Shown here: one piece after another, positions 1-12,300 of the stretch | How the letters are laid out: every line of letters starts with the position of its first letter | Position numbering within the stretch: the stretch's first letter is position 1 | Source: Chrysomallon squamiferum | Lineage: Eukaryota > Animalia > Mollusca | NCBI GenBank assembly: GCA_012295275.1 | Contig: CM022673.1 | Location: forward strand, 13,516,001-13,580,000 | Direction of reading: 5' to 3' | DNA: 64,000 nt | Program-made: the position numbers and the translations under genes | Notes under the pieces: generated by a model | Told to the model about the DNA's origin: nothing | The model's input: only the letters and a program-made list of their open reading frames with translations | Databases searched by the model: none

Positions 1-253
1 AATTTTAGTCTGAATTTGCCTAGGCTAAATTACACTTAACACTGTTCTCTAACTTTTAATATTTGATACCGATTTAGGTTGCTGGTGTAAACTACGTCAT
101 CCGTAAGGAATTAGTGACGTCATAAATGCATGTACAAACGACGGGCACCTTTATTACTAGCTATTATTTTATTAAGTATTATTATTGGTCACTATCGAGG
201 TTTTTAATTAATTAAAAATGGTCAAAACTTTATAAAAGTAACTTAAACTTTAC

Positions 254-378
254 CTGAATAAATCGATATCGGTTTCATTATTTCCATAGATCTGAAGAAC
301 ACGATCTTGAAGTTCTTCTTCGGCGATTTTGTAATCATTTTGAGGATGAATTGGTTGAGGCACAACCTCGACCGACAT
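254..378 (-). CDS. First coding exon of an unidentified gene that runs off the left edge (MSVEVVPQPIHPQNDYKIAEEELQDRVLQIYGNNETDIDLF...)
   Basis: ATG at 378 in an AAAAATG context, 41 open codons plus 2 nt, then an AG|GTAAAG donor at 253. It lies head-to-head with DNAJC28. Product not recognised. Confidence 0.6.
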
Positions 379-379
379 T

Positions 380-565
380 TTTGTTTTGACAATTACTAAG
401 GAACAGAAGCGAGTTGCTGACTTCCTCTTTCATTAAGGGCAATAACTCGCACGGGGGAGCCGTTTGTCCTAAATTTGGAGAAAGAAAAACAAATATTTTT
501 AAAGGGAGAAAGATGTAGAAAGTTACTGTTTTCTATTCATGACCATTTTAATAAATAACGTAAGT
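380..565. promoter_or_regulatory. Probable bidirectional promoter and non-coding first exon of DNAJC28
   Basis: Short CpG-containing interval between divergent genes, with an ETS-like ACTTCC (~420), AAGGGCAATAACTC (435-448) and a candidate donor AC|GTAAGT at ~560. An acceptor TTTCAG ends at 1030, upstream of ATG 1040. Confidence 0.45.
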
Positions 566-793
566 TATGCAGAATGAAATCTGAATAACCACATCATTAT
601 TTTCATTTAAAACAATCAATGACATGCGATTTATGAAATAACATTGTATAAATCACATTCGTGACATTGGCTGTCAGAATAAATCCACTGACATTTGAAA
701 AGAAAACATTGTTGTAGAAGAATCCCAGATAATAGTAATTATGTTGAAAGTAATTGTCATGTGTCAGTTTATGGTGTCGTTTTCACACATACA

Positions 794-797
<4 letters not shown>

Positions 798-866
<69 letters not shown>
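798..866. repeat. Compound (CT)n(CA)n microsatellite
   Basis: Directly visible. Confidence 0.95.
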
Positions 867-867
<1 letters not shown>

Positions 868-1039
868 GCACAAAAAAAGTATTAGAAATATGTTAAAAAC
901 GACGTGGCAGTTTTAGAGTGAGATGGCTTCACTTTCGGTGATGTTACTTATTTCAGTGTTAAAATTTTACCACTTTTGATCTTCTTTCTTATTTATTCAC
1001 TTTAATTTGATCACATTATTTTTATTTCAGTGAACCACA

Positions 1040-3631
1040 ATGTGCTTTCGAGTAAAGAAGAACTACCTTCTCATTCAGAGTTCTTTCTTAATATCGAACT
1101 CTTTTGCAAACACGTTTTCCCTTTCCCCAGTTCTTCACAAAATACACATTTCTGCTGCCACTGCTTTTCCAAGTATTCAGGAGAAAGCAAAACTGAAGGA
1201 AAGTTATTCAGTTCTTGGTGTGAAGGAAGATGCCAGTGTGACAGAGCTGAAAGAAGTTTACATCACACTGGCCAAACAGTATCATCCAGACAGTGGTTCC
1301 GGAGTGGCTGATGCCACAAAATTTGGTCAAGTTAAAGAAGCCTATAAAGTTATCATGGTAAATCTTATGCTGTTATCTTGGTAAATTTATAAAATGGACT
1401 TGATAAATCTGATACAGATTTCTTGGTAAATTTATAATATTATCTTTTAAATCTTATATGGTTATCTTGGTATATCTTATACAGTTACATTGATAAATTG
1501 ATACAACTTTTAATTTAAAACAGATTACTATTAATTTTGAGTCATATATCAATTTGTATTAGTATTACTGTTAATTTTAAGTTTTAGTAGTATTACTGTT
1601 AGTATTACTTTTGAGTATTATTAAAGTTAATTTTAATCTAGAATTAGTATTACTATGAATTTTGAGCAAGATTACTGTTAATTTTAATTTTTAATACTAT
1701 TAATATTAATTTTAATTCTGAGTAGTATTTATATTAATTATAAGGAGTATTAATATTAAATTTCAGTACTATTAATATTAATATTAATTTTGAGTGGTGA
1801 AATTTGTTTAGGATCATCACAAAAGTACGGATCTTGCTGAAGTGGATAATGAAATAGAACGCATGATTTTTGACATCAAACACACAGCTCCTCAACATCG
1901 TCAGTACCTGAGTTTTGAGGTAAAATTTTTCTTTATGTTAGAGGAATAAATAAATACAAGTGCATAATACCATAACATGATAAAATGTTCATAATACTGT
2001 TAATAGCTGATTGAAAAAATATTTAAGAAAATATTAATGTATTTTGATATTAATAATTGTTAACATCGTGTAATATATAATAATAATCTAACTGAGGTAT
2101 TCACTTCTTTTTTTTAATAATTTTTAATTTCTTTTTTTCACACAATCATTTCAAAAACTATTTGTTTTTATGGTGTCGGCTTTATACCATGTTATCAGAC
2201 AATATTTTATTATTATTATTTTTTTTTTTTTTGACAATCATTTTTTCTTTATTTTATGTTTCTTCAGCCAATCATTATTTCAGAAACTCTTTGTTTTTGT
2301 TTCAGGGTGTTGGTTTTGGGACTCAGAGTCAGAGACAGAAACAGTACCAGCAGTTCAAAGTGTCACGAGCTGCAGACAATGTCTTGGAGCACAGGATGAG
2401 AAAACTGGCAGACAGCACGGAAGACGCCATGTTGGTAAAAGACAAACAGGCAACCAAAAGAACTAAGATAAGGTTTGTACAAGACGGGTAGATGAACTAA
2501 GAGAAAAATTAACACTAGTTAATGAATAGTTGGATGGGTGGATGAAAAAAAGAATGGATGTTTTTCTGGATGTGTGGATGGATGAATAAACAATTGATAT
2601 GAAAAGATCGATAAGATTACCAAAAATATTAAAAATAAGGTTAAACAGACAGACTGAACAGGATTACTGAAAGTTATAAAGATTTCTAAAGTAGTTTAAA
2701 TAGTTATTTATGTTTTTTGTGTGTAAATACAAACTGTCAGGTTGAAATTATTTTAAAGCAATGCTATTGAACGCATTGTGGAGGATCTCATACAAGATGC
2801 TATGAATAAAGGACATTTTGAAAACTTGCCTGGTGCTGGCAAACCACTCAATAATTATGATCGCAACCCTTATGTTGATGCAACAACCCACAATCTCAAC
2901 AAGATTCTTATCAACAATGGCTTTGCCCCAGAGTGGATCAGACTTCAAGGAGAAATAAGGTAAGTTTTGTAAACAGATGTTTTAAAGATGGATGTTAAAC
3001 AATGGTAAATATAAAAAACTGATGACCATTAATAATATAAAACATAAGTTATACATCCAGAGAAGTAATAAGAAAAATGTCTGCTTTGAATTTATCCACT
3101 TTTTAAAATTTTTTTAACAAAATACTTTAGGTTAACCAGCCTGAACAAAAATATCCAGTTTTGAAAGTGTAAAATAGATTTATTTTATTTATTAACTTTA
3201 TATAATGAAAGCTGAATGCACAAACTTGTTTCTTTTTACAAATTATTTCTAGAAGAGAAACAAAGAGAGCCAAAGAGAAGCTGGCAGTACTAAAAATGAA
3301 GTTGGGAAATCCTCCATTCAATACTGCAGACAGCACAAAGTGGAAATCTGGAGTAAAGTCATTCCAGGCAACAATTATAGCAGTGAATGAAAAAATTGAC
3401 AAGTACAATCTCATTGTGCCTTTCCTTGATAAACAGATGGTTTTCTACAACCCAGACAAACTGATGAGGAATGTTTGTGATAATTATGAAAAATATTTAC
3501 CAAAAGACCCTGAGTCATCATACACGTCATATTATGGCTATACTCCAAGTGAGATGAACTATGTGGGATCCGGTGATAAAATTCACTGGAGGGATGTTTG
3601 GAATAATATAAAAGAAGTATTTCGGAAATAA
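1040..3631 (+). CDS. DNAJC28: DnaJ homolog subfamily C member 28 (J-domain + DUF1992), ~390 aa, 5 coding exons
   Basis: Exons 1040-1357, 1812-1919, 2306-2472, 2759-2959 and 3253-3631 are all GT-AG and phase-compatible. Motifs: J-domain LAKQYHPDSG; IKHTAPQHRQYLSFEGVGFGT; IERIVEDLIQDAMNKGHFENLPGAGKPL; NKILINNGFAPEWI. The N-terminal leader lacks acidic residues and resembles a mitochondrial presequence. Confidence 0.93.
1349..1505. repeat. ~22-bp degenerate minisatellite starting at the donor of DNAJC28 coding exon 1
   Basis: Units like GTTATCTTGGTAAATCTTATAC, about 7 copies. The first copy spans the real exon/intron junction. Confidence 0.75.
1525..1797. repeat. Degenerate AT-rich minisatellite (TTACTATTAATTTTGAGTAGTA-like) filling the rest of the intron
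   Basis: Repeated TATTACT(A/G)TTAATTTT(G/A)A motifs run up to the acceptor at 1811. Confidence 0.6.
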
Positions 3632-4699
3632 TCTCAAATAAACTATAAATAGAACCAGTTGTCTGAGATACAAATAGTGCAATTATCAGTTAGTTATAAA
3701 TGATTTAATGTATCTCAGCTGAAGATAATTCAGTTAAATTGCAGTAATGATGAAAATATTTTTTGTTGTGTCTGCACATTTGATAACTCCAGTGTGCACA
3801 AATAAAATTCAAACTTAAATAATTCAAGATGTCATGGTGAGACAGGTCTTGATAATCATTTCTATGTGTACAAGAGTGAAATTTAATTTTTGCTCGTATG
3901 TTATTTAAAAATAGTGATCACAGAGAATAGAAATTAATTTGTTTGGGTTTGCTACATTGTTATTGTTTTGACAGCTGAAGACTTCACTGTGTATTGAAAA
4001 CATGTAAAAAAAAAAAAAAAAAAAAAGGGATTGTGATTGTTGTTGTTTTTATAGGTTATTAAATGAATGAAAAAAGGATGAAAGAAAAATTGGCTCTAAG
4101 GTAAATATGTACAGGGGTATTGTGTGTAATTTACCCAGAATGTCTTAAAAGTTAAGCATGTTTTAATACATTTATTGTTGATTTTACATTTGTTAATAAA
4201 TCATTTATGGAGATTTATTTTCTGATGTTTTGTATTTTTACCAAAAATGTGTTCTTTTATTAAAGTTAGGGGAAAGATTTTTTTCTATTTTAAGCACTTT
4301 TAATCTATGTTTGTTGAAGTTAAAGTTAGCTAAAAATCTGAATTAATATTTTCCAATTCTACTTCTATAATAAACATGTCTATTAAATGTTCCCGCTACC
4401 ATTTTCTGTTCTTATATTATATACAAAAAATAAAAAAATAAACAGATAAATAAAATATAATAAAATAGCCAAAGCTTTTTTAACTGAGATACATTGCTAT
4501 CTATCACAACTTTTTCTAAGCAACTGACAAAACTAATAACTAAATAAACAAAAGCTAAATAAAATGAACAAAAAAATTACCTCCAACACTAAATAGTTAT
4601 ATAACAATAACATTTTAATACTGTTAATGAACAGGTTTATATATAATAAAAACTGCTTTAATATCCAAAAAATGTTGGAACAGTATTTTCTTTCTCTTT

Positions 4700-6177
4700 T
4701 TATGGCAAGATGTCAGACAGCCAGTCACATTTTGTTTCTAAAAATTTCAAAACTTTTTCTTCTTTTTTCCTTTCCTCTTCACTTTTTGAACTGTCCACTA
4801 CATTCTCCTTTGACTGTTTAGTTTCTACATTGTCTGTTTTCATTTTTTCCATTTTTTCCATTTTAGGAATGTCCACTTCCATATCTGAATCAGAATCAAC
4901 AGTTTTTCTCTCTGAAACTTCATCATCATCATCATCATCATCACCATCTTCATTTTCTGGATTTGCCCTTCAATTATAAAAATATATAATTTTTCAAAAA
5001 GTAAGTAAGCAAATGAATGAATGAATGAATGCAGTGAAGTATATAACATAACATAATGTAACAAAGTATAGAAAATAAATTTAAAAAGATAAATAAAATA
5101 ATAACAATAATCCAGTAGAAACCTTTAATAATAACAATAATAAAATAAAATAAAATTCCAGATAAAAAATAATTAGGATGAATACATTTTAAAATTAATT
5201 TAAAGCAACAATACTTTCTGACAAAGCAGCATGAAAATGCAGTTTTCGGTGAAATGTGTTAAATACTCACTCAGTGTTTTTGTTGCGTAAGAGAAGAGAA
5301 GATAGGAATGTCTGACACAGGCTTGACAAAGATGGCTGAACATGAGCAGGTGTTGCCAGCATCTAAAATAAATAAAAATATTAATAATAAAAAATGCCCT
5401 TCTTCTTTCTTTTCAATGCCTGTAATTAATAAATATTTCTATTTTTCAAATGTAATTAAGATGAATGATGCATATTTAATCATAATTTTCTTGAAGTCTG
5501 AAGCAATAAAAGTGAACCAAAATTTAAAGTTATTTTTAAAATGTTATAGTAATATGTACAAGGGTTTGTGTTTGAGAATGAAAAACAATCTCACTTTATC
5601 ACAAAATAATTCTGTATACATTTTTTTTAAAACTGTAGTGACTGAAAACTACAATATTCAAACTGACTTTATTATTTTATTATTTGCATTAATTTATTTT
5701 CAGTTTTACCTCATCTAGCAATTTTTTGTTCTGAGGGACTGACTCCAGCCTTCCCTGCTTGTTTTTCTTATGTTGTTTTGCTAACAAAAGACTTAGTGGG
5801 GTGGAGGGGACACTCTGCTGCATCTTCAGCTGTAGATCACAAATAAAATATATTTATAAAATACAAGTCTTGTGAAGCATTCATTTTATTATAAAAAACA
5901 TTTTTTGTTAAATGAAATAAAAACAAAATAGATAAATAAATAACTAACAATTTGACAGGTGAACAACTGATAATAACAAAAGAAAAGAAAAAGATTAAAA
6001 AATCCAAACATTTCCTCAAGCATATTTTGGTCAATAATAATAATAAAAATAAAATAAAAAATAAAAAATAAAGAAAGTTGTCAGTAAAACAAATTCCACA
6101 AAATAATAGTGTGATGTAAAAAGTAAAAATGCTAAATAATCAAATGTAACTTCAATTTTATTTTTTGCATTTTTATT

Positions 6178-6208
<31 letters not shown>

Positions 6209-9200
6209 TTTTTTATTTTATTTTATTTTATTTTTTTTCTGAAACAGAAAGAAGATTTAGTTTTTTGGGAAAGGAAAGTTATAAATTTTAAACAAATTAT
6301 TTTTTAATAAATACAGTTGACTAGTTTGCTTTAAACACAATTTGTATCAGACATTTATTATTTAAACACATAGTGTGAAATATGTGTAATTCATTTGTTT
6401 GTTTTTTAAAAATTATATTACATGAACTGACAAATAAAATTTCAAATATAATTTAAAGCTTCCAGTATCACAGTATCCTGATCTCTGTATATGTTCCCAC
6501 TGGTACAAATATTTTCTGTTTCGCTTTTTTTTAATTTTAAACTTTTTATATTTTTTTTATATATATTTTTTTCATGATAATGATGTCTTATGCTAGTTTA
6601 TTATACATCTTGGAAGTGACATTTCTGCATAAACATTTAAATAATCAGCAGAAATCAAAACGTACCTTTATTTCAGAAGAATCTCTGAGATTATCTTTTG
6701 AATCTATCATCAACAGCTCTTGATTTTTATTGAAGAAATAAAACTGAGAATGCCTTTGCCAGGCAAGATCTCCAGAGTAAGAACTCTCTTGAATGTGAGG
6801 TATGAATATTCCAGCCAGTACATCACTACTGCTGATTTCTGAATGTGAATAGACTGGTTCTGGATTGGATGCTTCAAAAACAAACACTGTAAAAAAAATT
6901 GAAAAATATTTAAAAATGTATGCAATTAAATGATGAATTGCAGTACTTTTTGGAATTATAATAGTTTTAAAATATATAATAATAGAAAAGAAAAAAAACA
7001 TCATAGCAAAAAAAAACAACAATCTCACAAAATAGCCAAATAGGTTAATTTATTGGGGTTAAAGATTCCACTGCTATTTCTGTTAAATCAGATAAAAAAA
7101 AAAATTCAAAATAGCAAAGTTATCATCACATTTAATTAGTTATTGTTCCATAATCATTGACCATTTAGACCTGAAGTTTGTTATTAAATATGATTTACCT
7201 ATGTGATTTCTCAACAAGTGTAACAGACAGATGTTCATGTGAAATGAAAACTATATTAAATTACAAGTTTTGCATTATTAAACTTACAATCTCTCTCTGC
7301 TGACACAGCCGCCATGTAACTTGTTAGAGGGTCAGAGGTCAACACAGATATCTCCATAGCAACACTCCACTGAACTGAAAAAAATTAATTAAAATTAGAC
7401 AAATAAACATATATTGAATAAACTGAATGTCAAAAAAAATACATAATTATAGTTTAATTAAATTAAGAGAAAAATAAGAATAAAACCAAAACTCGCCTGT
7501 ACAGGTAAGAAGATTCCAGACTGTCAAGTGTGTGGAGGTTGTTGATACCAACAGGTGACAACATGACAGACGTCCAAATAGCAAGTGTCTGTCAAACAGA
7601 AAATATTAAATTTCAATCAAATATTTGAATACAGAGTTCAAAGAGTAAAACTTAAAATCGTTTTGCTGTGCTCTGCTTTGAATCAGTTCTTAAAATCTGC
7701 CAACTTTTTTGAAAGAATAAATGCATTTAATGATTCTGTTTCATTAAGAGCAGGTGAAAAGATTATACATTATATTTTACCTATGAAAGGAATTTATTTG
7801 TTAAATCTTGCTGATGGGAATCAATTCTTTTTATTTATTTATTTTCTATTTTTTATTTACTAATAATGAATAAAAATAAATAAATAATACTATTGTTCCA
7901 TTAACACATTTCTGTTTTTTGAAAAATATAATTATCAAATTTAATACATTATAAAAATGTAATTATACAATATATAAATTTTTAACAAAATAATATAAAC
8001 ATGTCTGAACTGAACTATCGTAATGTTACATGTATTATTAAAATAATTTTTAATACTACAGAACAAAATTATAATATTTAAAGTGTACAAAAACCTGACT
8101 GAATCCTTGCAGACTGTATTGACCAGAGAAGATTTCAAGATGTTTGTTTCGGGATCCCACAAAGTAATTGTTGTTGTGAAGGCCACTGCAAGCAAGGAGC
8201 CATCTTCGGAAAAATCTATACTCCCTGCAGGCAGATCTCGATAAAATCCTAATGATTCACACGTCCATTTGTTTTGTGACTCTGAAATCACGGAAACAGA
8301 AAAAGTATAAAAATTAAATAACTTTTTTGTATATCTTTAATGATAGATTTAAAAATTAGTATTAACATGAACATAATGAATAAAATCTTTCATTCGCTTT
8401 CTCTTTGAATTATTTTTTCTTTTTTCAATCCTATCTTTTTCACCAAATTATTGTCTGTAAATAATTAACTTTTTTTTTGTTTAACTTTCTTTTCTTTCTT
8501 TGACTCATTTAAAATCTATTTATCTATATTAAAATAATTATTAGTAATATAATCTTAATTTTTTCAGTAGTTTTGTTTTATTGCTATTTTTGTTTGTTTG
8601 AAATGGAACTCACTGTATATGTCAGAGTCATCAACCAGTAACCACAATTTAAACTGATTGTCATCTGCACTGGAAACAACCATTGGTGGAAGGTCAGGGT
8701 CACCAGGTCGAAACTTCAATGCATTTATTTTCTTAGAATGAGGAACATCAACCAAAGTGTTTAGAGTGAATCTAAAATATTAATTATTATTTTCTTAAGA
8801 AATTTCTGCTCCACATTTTTAAATAGTATTATTTAATATCAATACATAAAAAAAGTATGTAATATGGATGAAATCTTATTTAATGGCATCTCCCTTCAAT
8901 TTATTTAAAGTGGCAATTATCTAAAATTTATTTTTGTAAATATTTTTGTTTTCATTATGAATTTTCTTTTAAAGTAAAGTAAAGTAAATAAAATATTTTT
9001 AAAATTATGTTGTTTTGAAAAAAAAAAAAATAAAATAAATAAATAAACTAACAAACAACATACAAAATATTTTTACAGTTATGTTGTTGTTTAAAAAAAA
9101 ATGAAAAAAAGAGCAAGATGATGAATTTAGTTTACGTCTGTGATTTTTCTGAGAATTCCCAGAACTTGAGCAGAAGGTCAGGTGACATGATGTGATCATC

Positions 9201-9326
9201 CCAGTATTCAAATGTAGCCAACCACTGACCTCGGCTGTCAAATGCAGCACACAAAACTTCTGTCACTACAGTTGGCTGTTTCAAGTTTTCTGGGGAAATA
9301 TAGTTTTGACAAACTATATCTAACTG

Positions 9327-9359
<33 letters not shown>

Positions 9360-12300
9360 TAAGAAATTAATGATGGTCACTATTCTATGGTTTCTGTACT
9401 CGTAGCAGCTCCAGATTCAAATACTAACACAGGAATTAGAACAAATTATTGCCTTCATTCATAATATTTCAAGTTATTCACGGACTTGTAATGAAATGTA
9501 ATGAATAATTAACATTCTTGTAAAATATTTGAAATTTAATCATTTTGATCATCTCAGAATTAATGAATAATTAAAAATCTGATCATTTTAATCACCCAAA
9601 AAATAATGAATAGTTGATGCAAAATAGTGGATATTTGCTCATTTAAAAATCCAAAAAGACTGTAGTTATTGTTAAAAACTAAAATGTTATTTTTAGATAA
9701 CCTACATTGTAAAGCTGAGTGTCTGTGTGCAGCAGGTAGAACTGCAGATGTCCAGGAATGCCATTGGTGACGAGGGCGTGAGATCTAGGATCCTGGATAA
9801 GTCCTACAGGAATAGGATTCTCTGTTTTCTCAACAAAATGACCTCTGGTCAAACCCTGAATGACATTCACCACGTTGAAGTTACTGGTAATCAAATGAAT
9901 GCCTGTAAGTATAACAATAACAATCAATCAATTCACTACTTGAATTTTCTCTTACTGTGAATTATTAATTTAAGTATTATTTTTAATTGTTAAAAAAAGA
10001 GATGTATACTAGTATGTTAAAATGAAAACAGTAAGAAAGATGTTTTAAGGCATTTAATTCCTAACAGATACTGAAAGAAACATGTTTATATGGTAACAAA
10101 GAATAATAATGATAATGACGATGATGGTTGTGATAAACATGACAAAGAAAATGAAATAAAATGAGAAATGATAAATAAAAATAACAGTAATAGTAATAAT
10201 AGGCATAAATAAATAAATAAATAAACGTGGAACAAATAATGAGTATAACAGAATTTACCATTGTTATCATGGGATGTTGCATAAAGTGTGTTGTCTTGGG
10301 AGCAAGTCACATGATTTATTGGAGATCCCAGACGAGGAAGAAATTCTTTGAAATGAGAATTATACTGCCATTTAACCAGGACACACTCATATCCACCACT
10401 CAGAAAATAAGAACCTGTAAAAACCATTTCACACAAACACATTTAAGATTTTTCTAATAATGACATCTTTTAAATAAATAATTATATTAAAAAATTACCC
10501 TAATTATTTTTAGTATGTAAAAAGAAGAAAAAAAATCATAACATTCTTTCTGCTTCTGTGAAAAACTATACAAAATTTCTTAAGAAAATCAAAGAAAATT
10601 GCAGATTTCATGATTGATATTAGGTTTATTTTATTATTAAAAACAAAGATGAATTTTAAGAAACAACGAAAAAAAAATGGTTGTTAACTATATCAAATAT
10701 AGTAATTAGAATTATAAATTTATTAATTATCAGATTAATATGTAACAACATATAGACACAAATTAAATTACTGGCAACCCCCCCCCATACAAAAAATACA
10801 AAATTATTTATTCCCTGACCTTCAGCTGTGAAGCAGACATCAAGCACTGGAAGGGAATGCCAATGATAAGAACTTTTCACAACATTTTGACATCCAGAAA
10901 ATTAAACCTAGACACAAAACGAATCTTGTTTGAAACAGTCATCATTAACATAATTGTGTTTATTTTACACAAGAAAACAGAATATAAAATAGCATGAATG
11001 ATATACAGTAATATTTAAATCATTATTCATTCAAACTACCTAGTACTGAAAGCCTCTTATAATAAACTGAAAAGTAAACCAAATGTAATAATAGTTAATA
11101 ATTTTATCTGCTGCGTGACAGTAACAACAACAAAAAAAAGAAGATAAATGAGAATATTTAATCTGTTGTTTAAATGTTTTAAAAGAGTTAAAAAAAGGAA
11201 AGCAAAATGATAATCAGTAATCATTTTATTAGTTGTTTAAAAGTGAGTGACAGATTTATTTATATACTAACCAGAGAATTATCTTGCCACTTCTGCAGCC
11301 TGTAATGATGCACATTTCAGTTGGATGACAGGCCAAACAGGTAAACCTAGCTTTCTCTGCTCTGTCTGCAAAATCTTTTTTCAAAATATGACTGAAATGC
11401 AAACAAATTACTTTGGATTTAAATGTTACATTATCTAAAAATTAGTCTCAAATTAAACGAAGTTATCATAAAAACTGAAGAAATTTTTAAAAAACAAATA
11501 AAACGTCTAAGATTGTAATCTGTTAAAAACAAGGCACAAAAATATCTACTTTTTTCTTACACTTTACTTCTCTCTTTTAAATTATATATCCAAGGAAATG
11601 GAAATCATTTAACAATTGTTTTTTGTTTTAATAATGTAAAAATGTGTGAATATTTTCATCCATTATTTCGTGTGTTCATAGAACTGACTCAATTTTTATT
11701 TACTTGCATGTCCTGCTTAACACTGAATCTGTTAAAACATGATAAATATTAATGCCAACCCCTATTTCCCCAAAATATCACACTGATATTAAATCAAATA
11801 TCAAAAATGTAGTTTTTCTCCTTAAAATTAAAAATAATCTATTACCTTTGCACACGTCCTTTTTCAGAAGCAACATAAAGATTCCTATCTTTTATTGCAG
11901 CGTAGTATTTGGCCTGTGTAATCAAGATAATAAAAAGTATTTGTTATTTGTAAATAAACATAAAGAACTTCTTCAAAACAATTATACAACAAATCTGAAT
12001 CAACAAGAAAATAGAAAAGGAATTGAAGATATCTGAATACTACTGAAATAGCAAGTTAGATCATTTCAAATTTTAAAAAAATTAATCCTGTATTAAACCT
12101 GATGTAATATAGTTACAATATTTCCATGGAAATAATTAAAAACCTTTCTTTTTAAAAAAAAAATATAAAAAATTCACATAATAACAAATAAATAATTTTT
12201 TATTTGGTTTACAATTATTTCATAATACTGTGTCAGATGTTTTTGGCTCAAATGTGCAGACAACAGAATTTCAATGAATTAAATATAAGTATGCATTAAG

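Noticed and set aside
7083-7135. Minus-strand C box (GTGATGA) and D box (CTGA) with a 5-bp terminal stem in a WDR75 intron, resembling a C/D snoRNA
   Set aside because: Only ~45 nt long, with a mostly poly-U interior, no C'/D' boxes and no credible guide.
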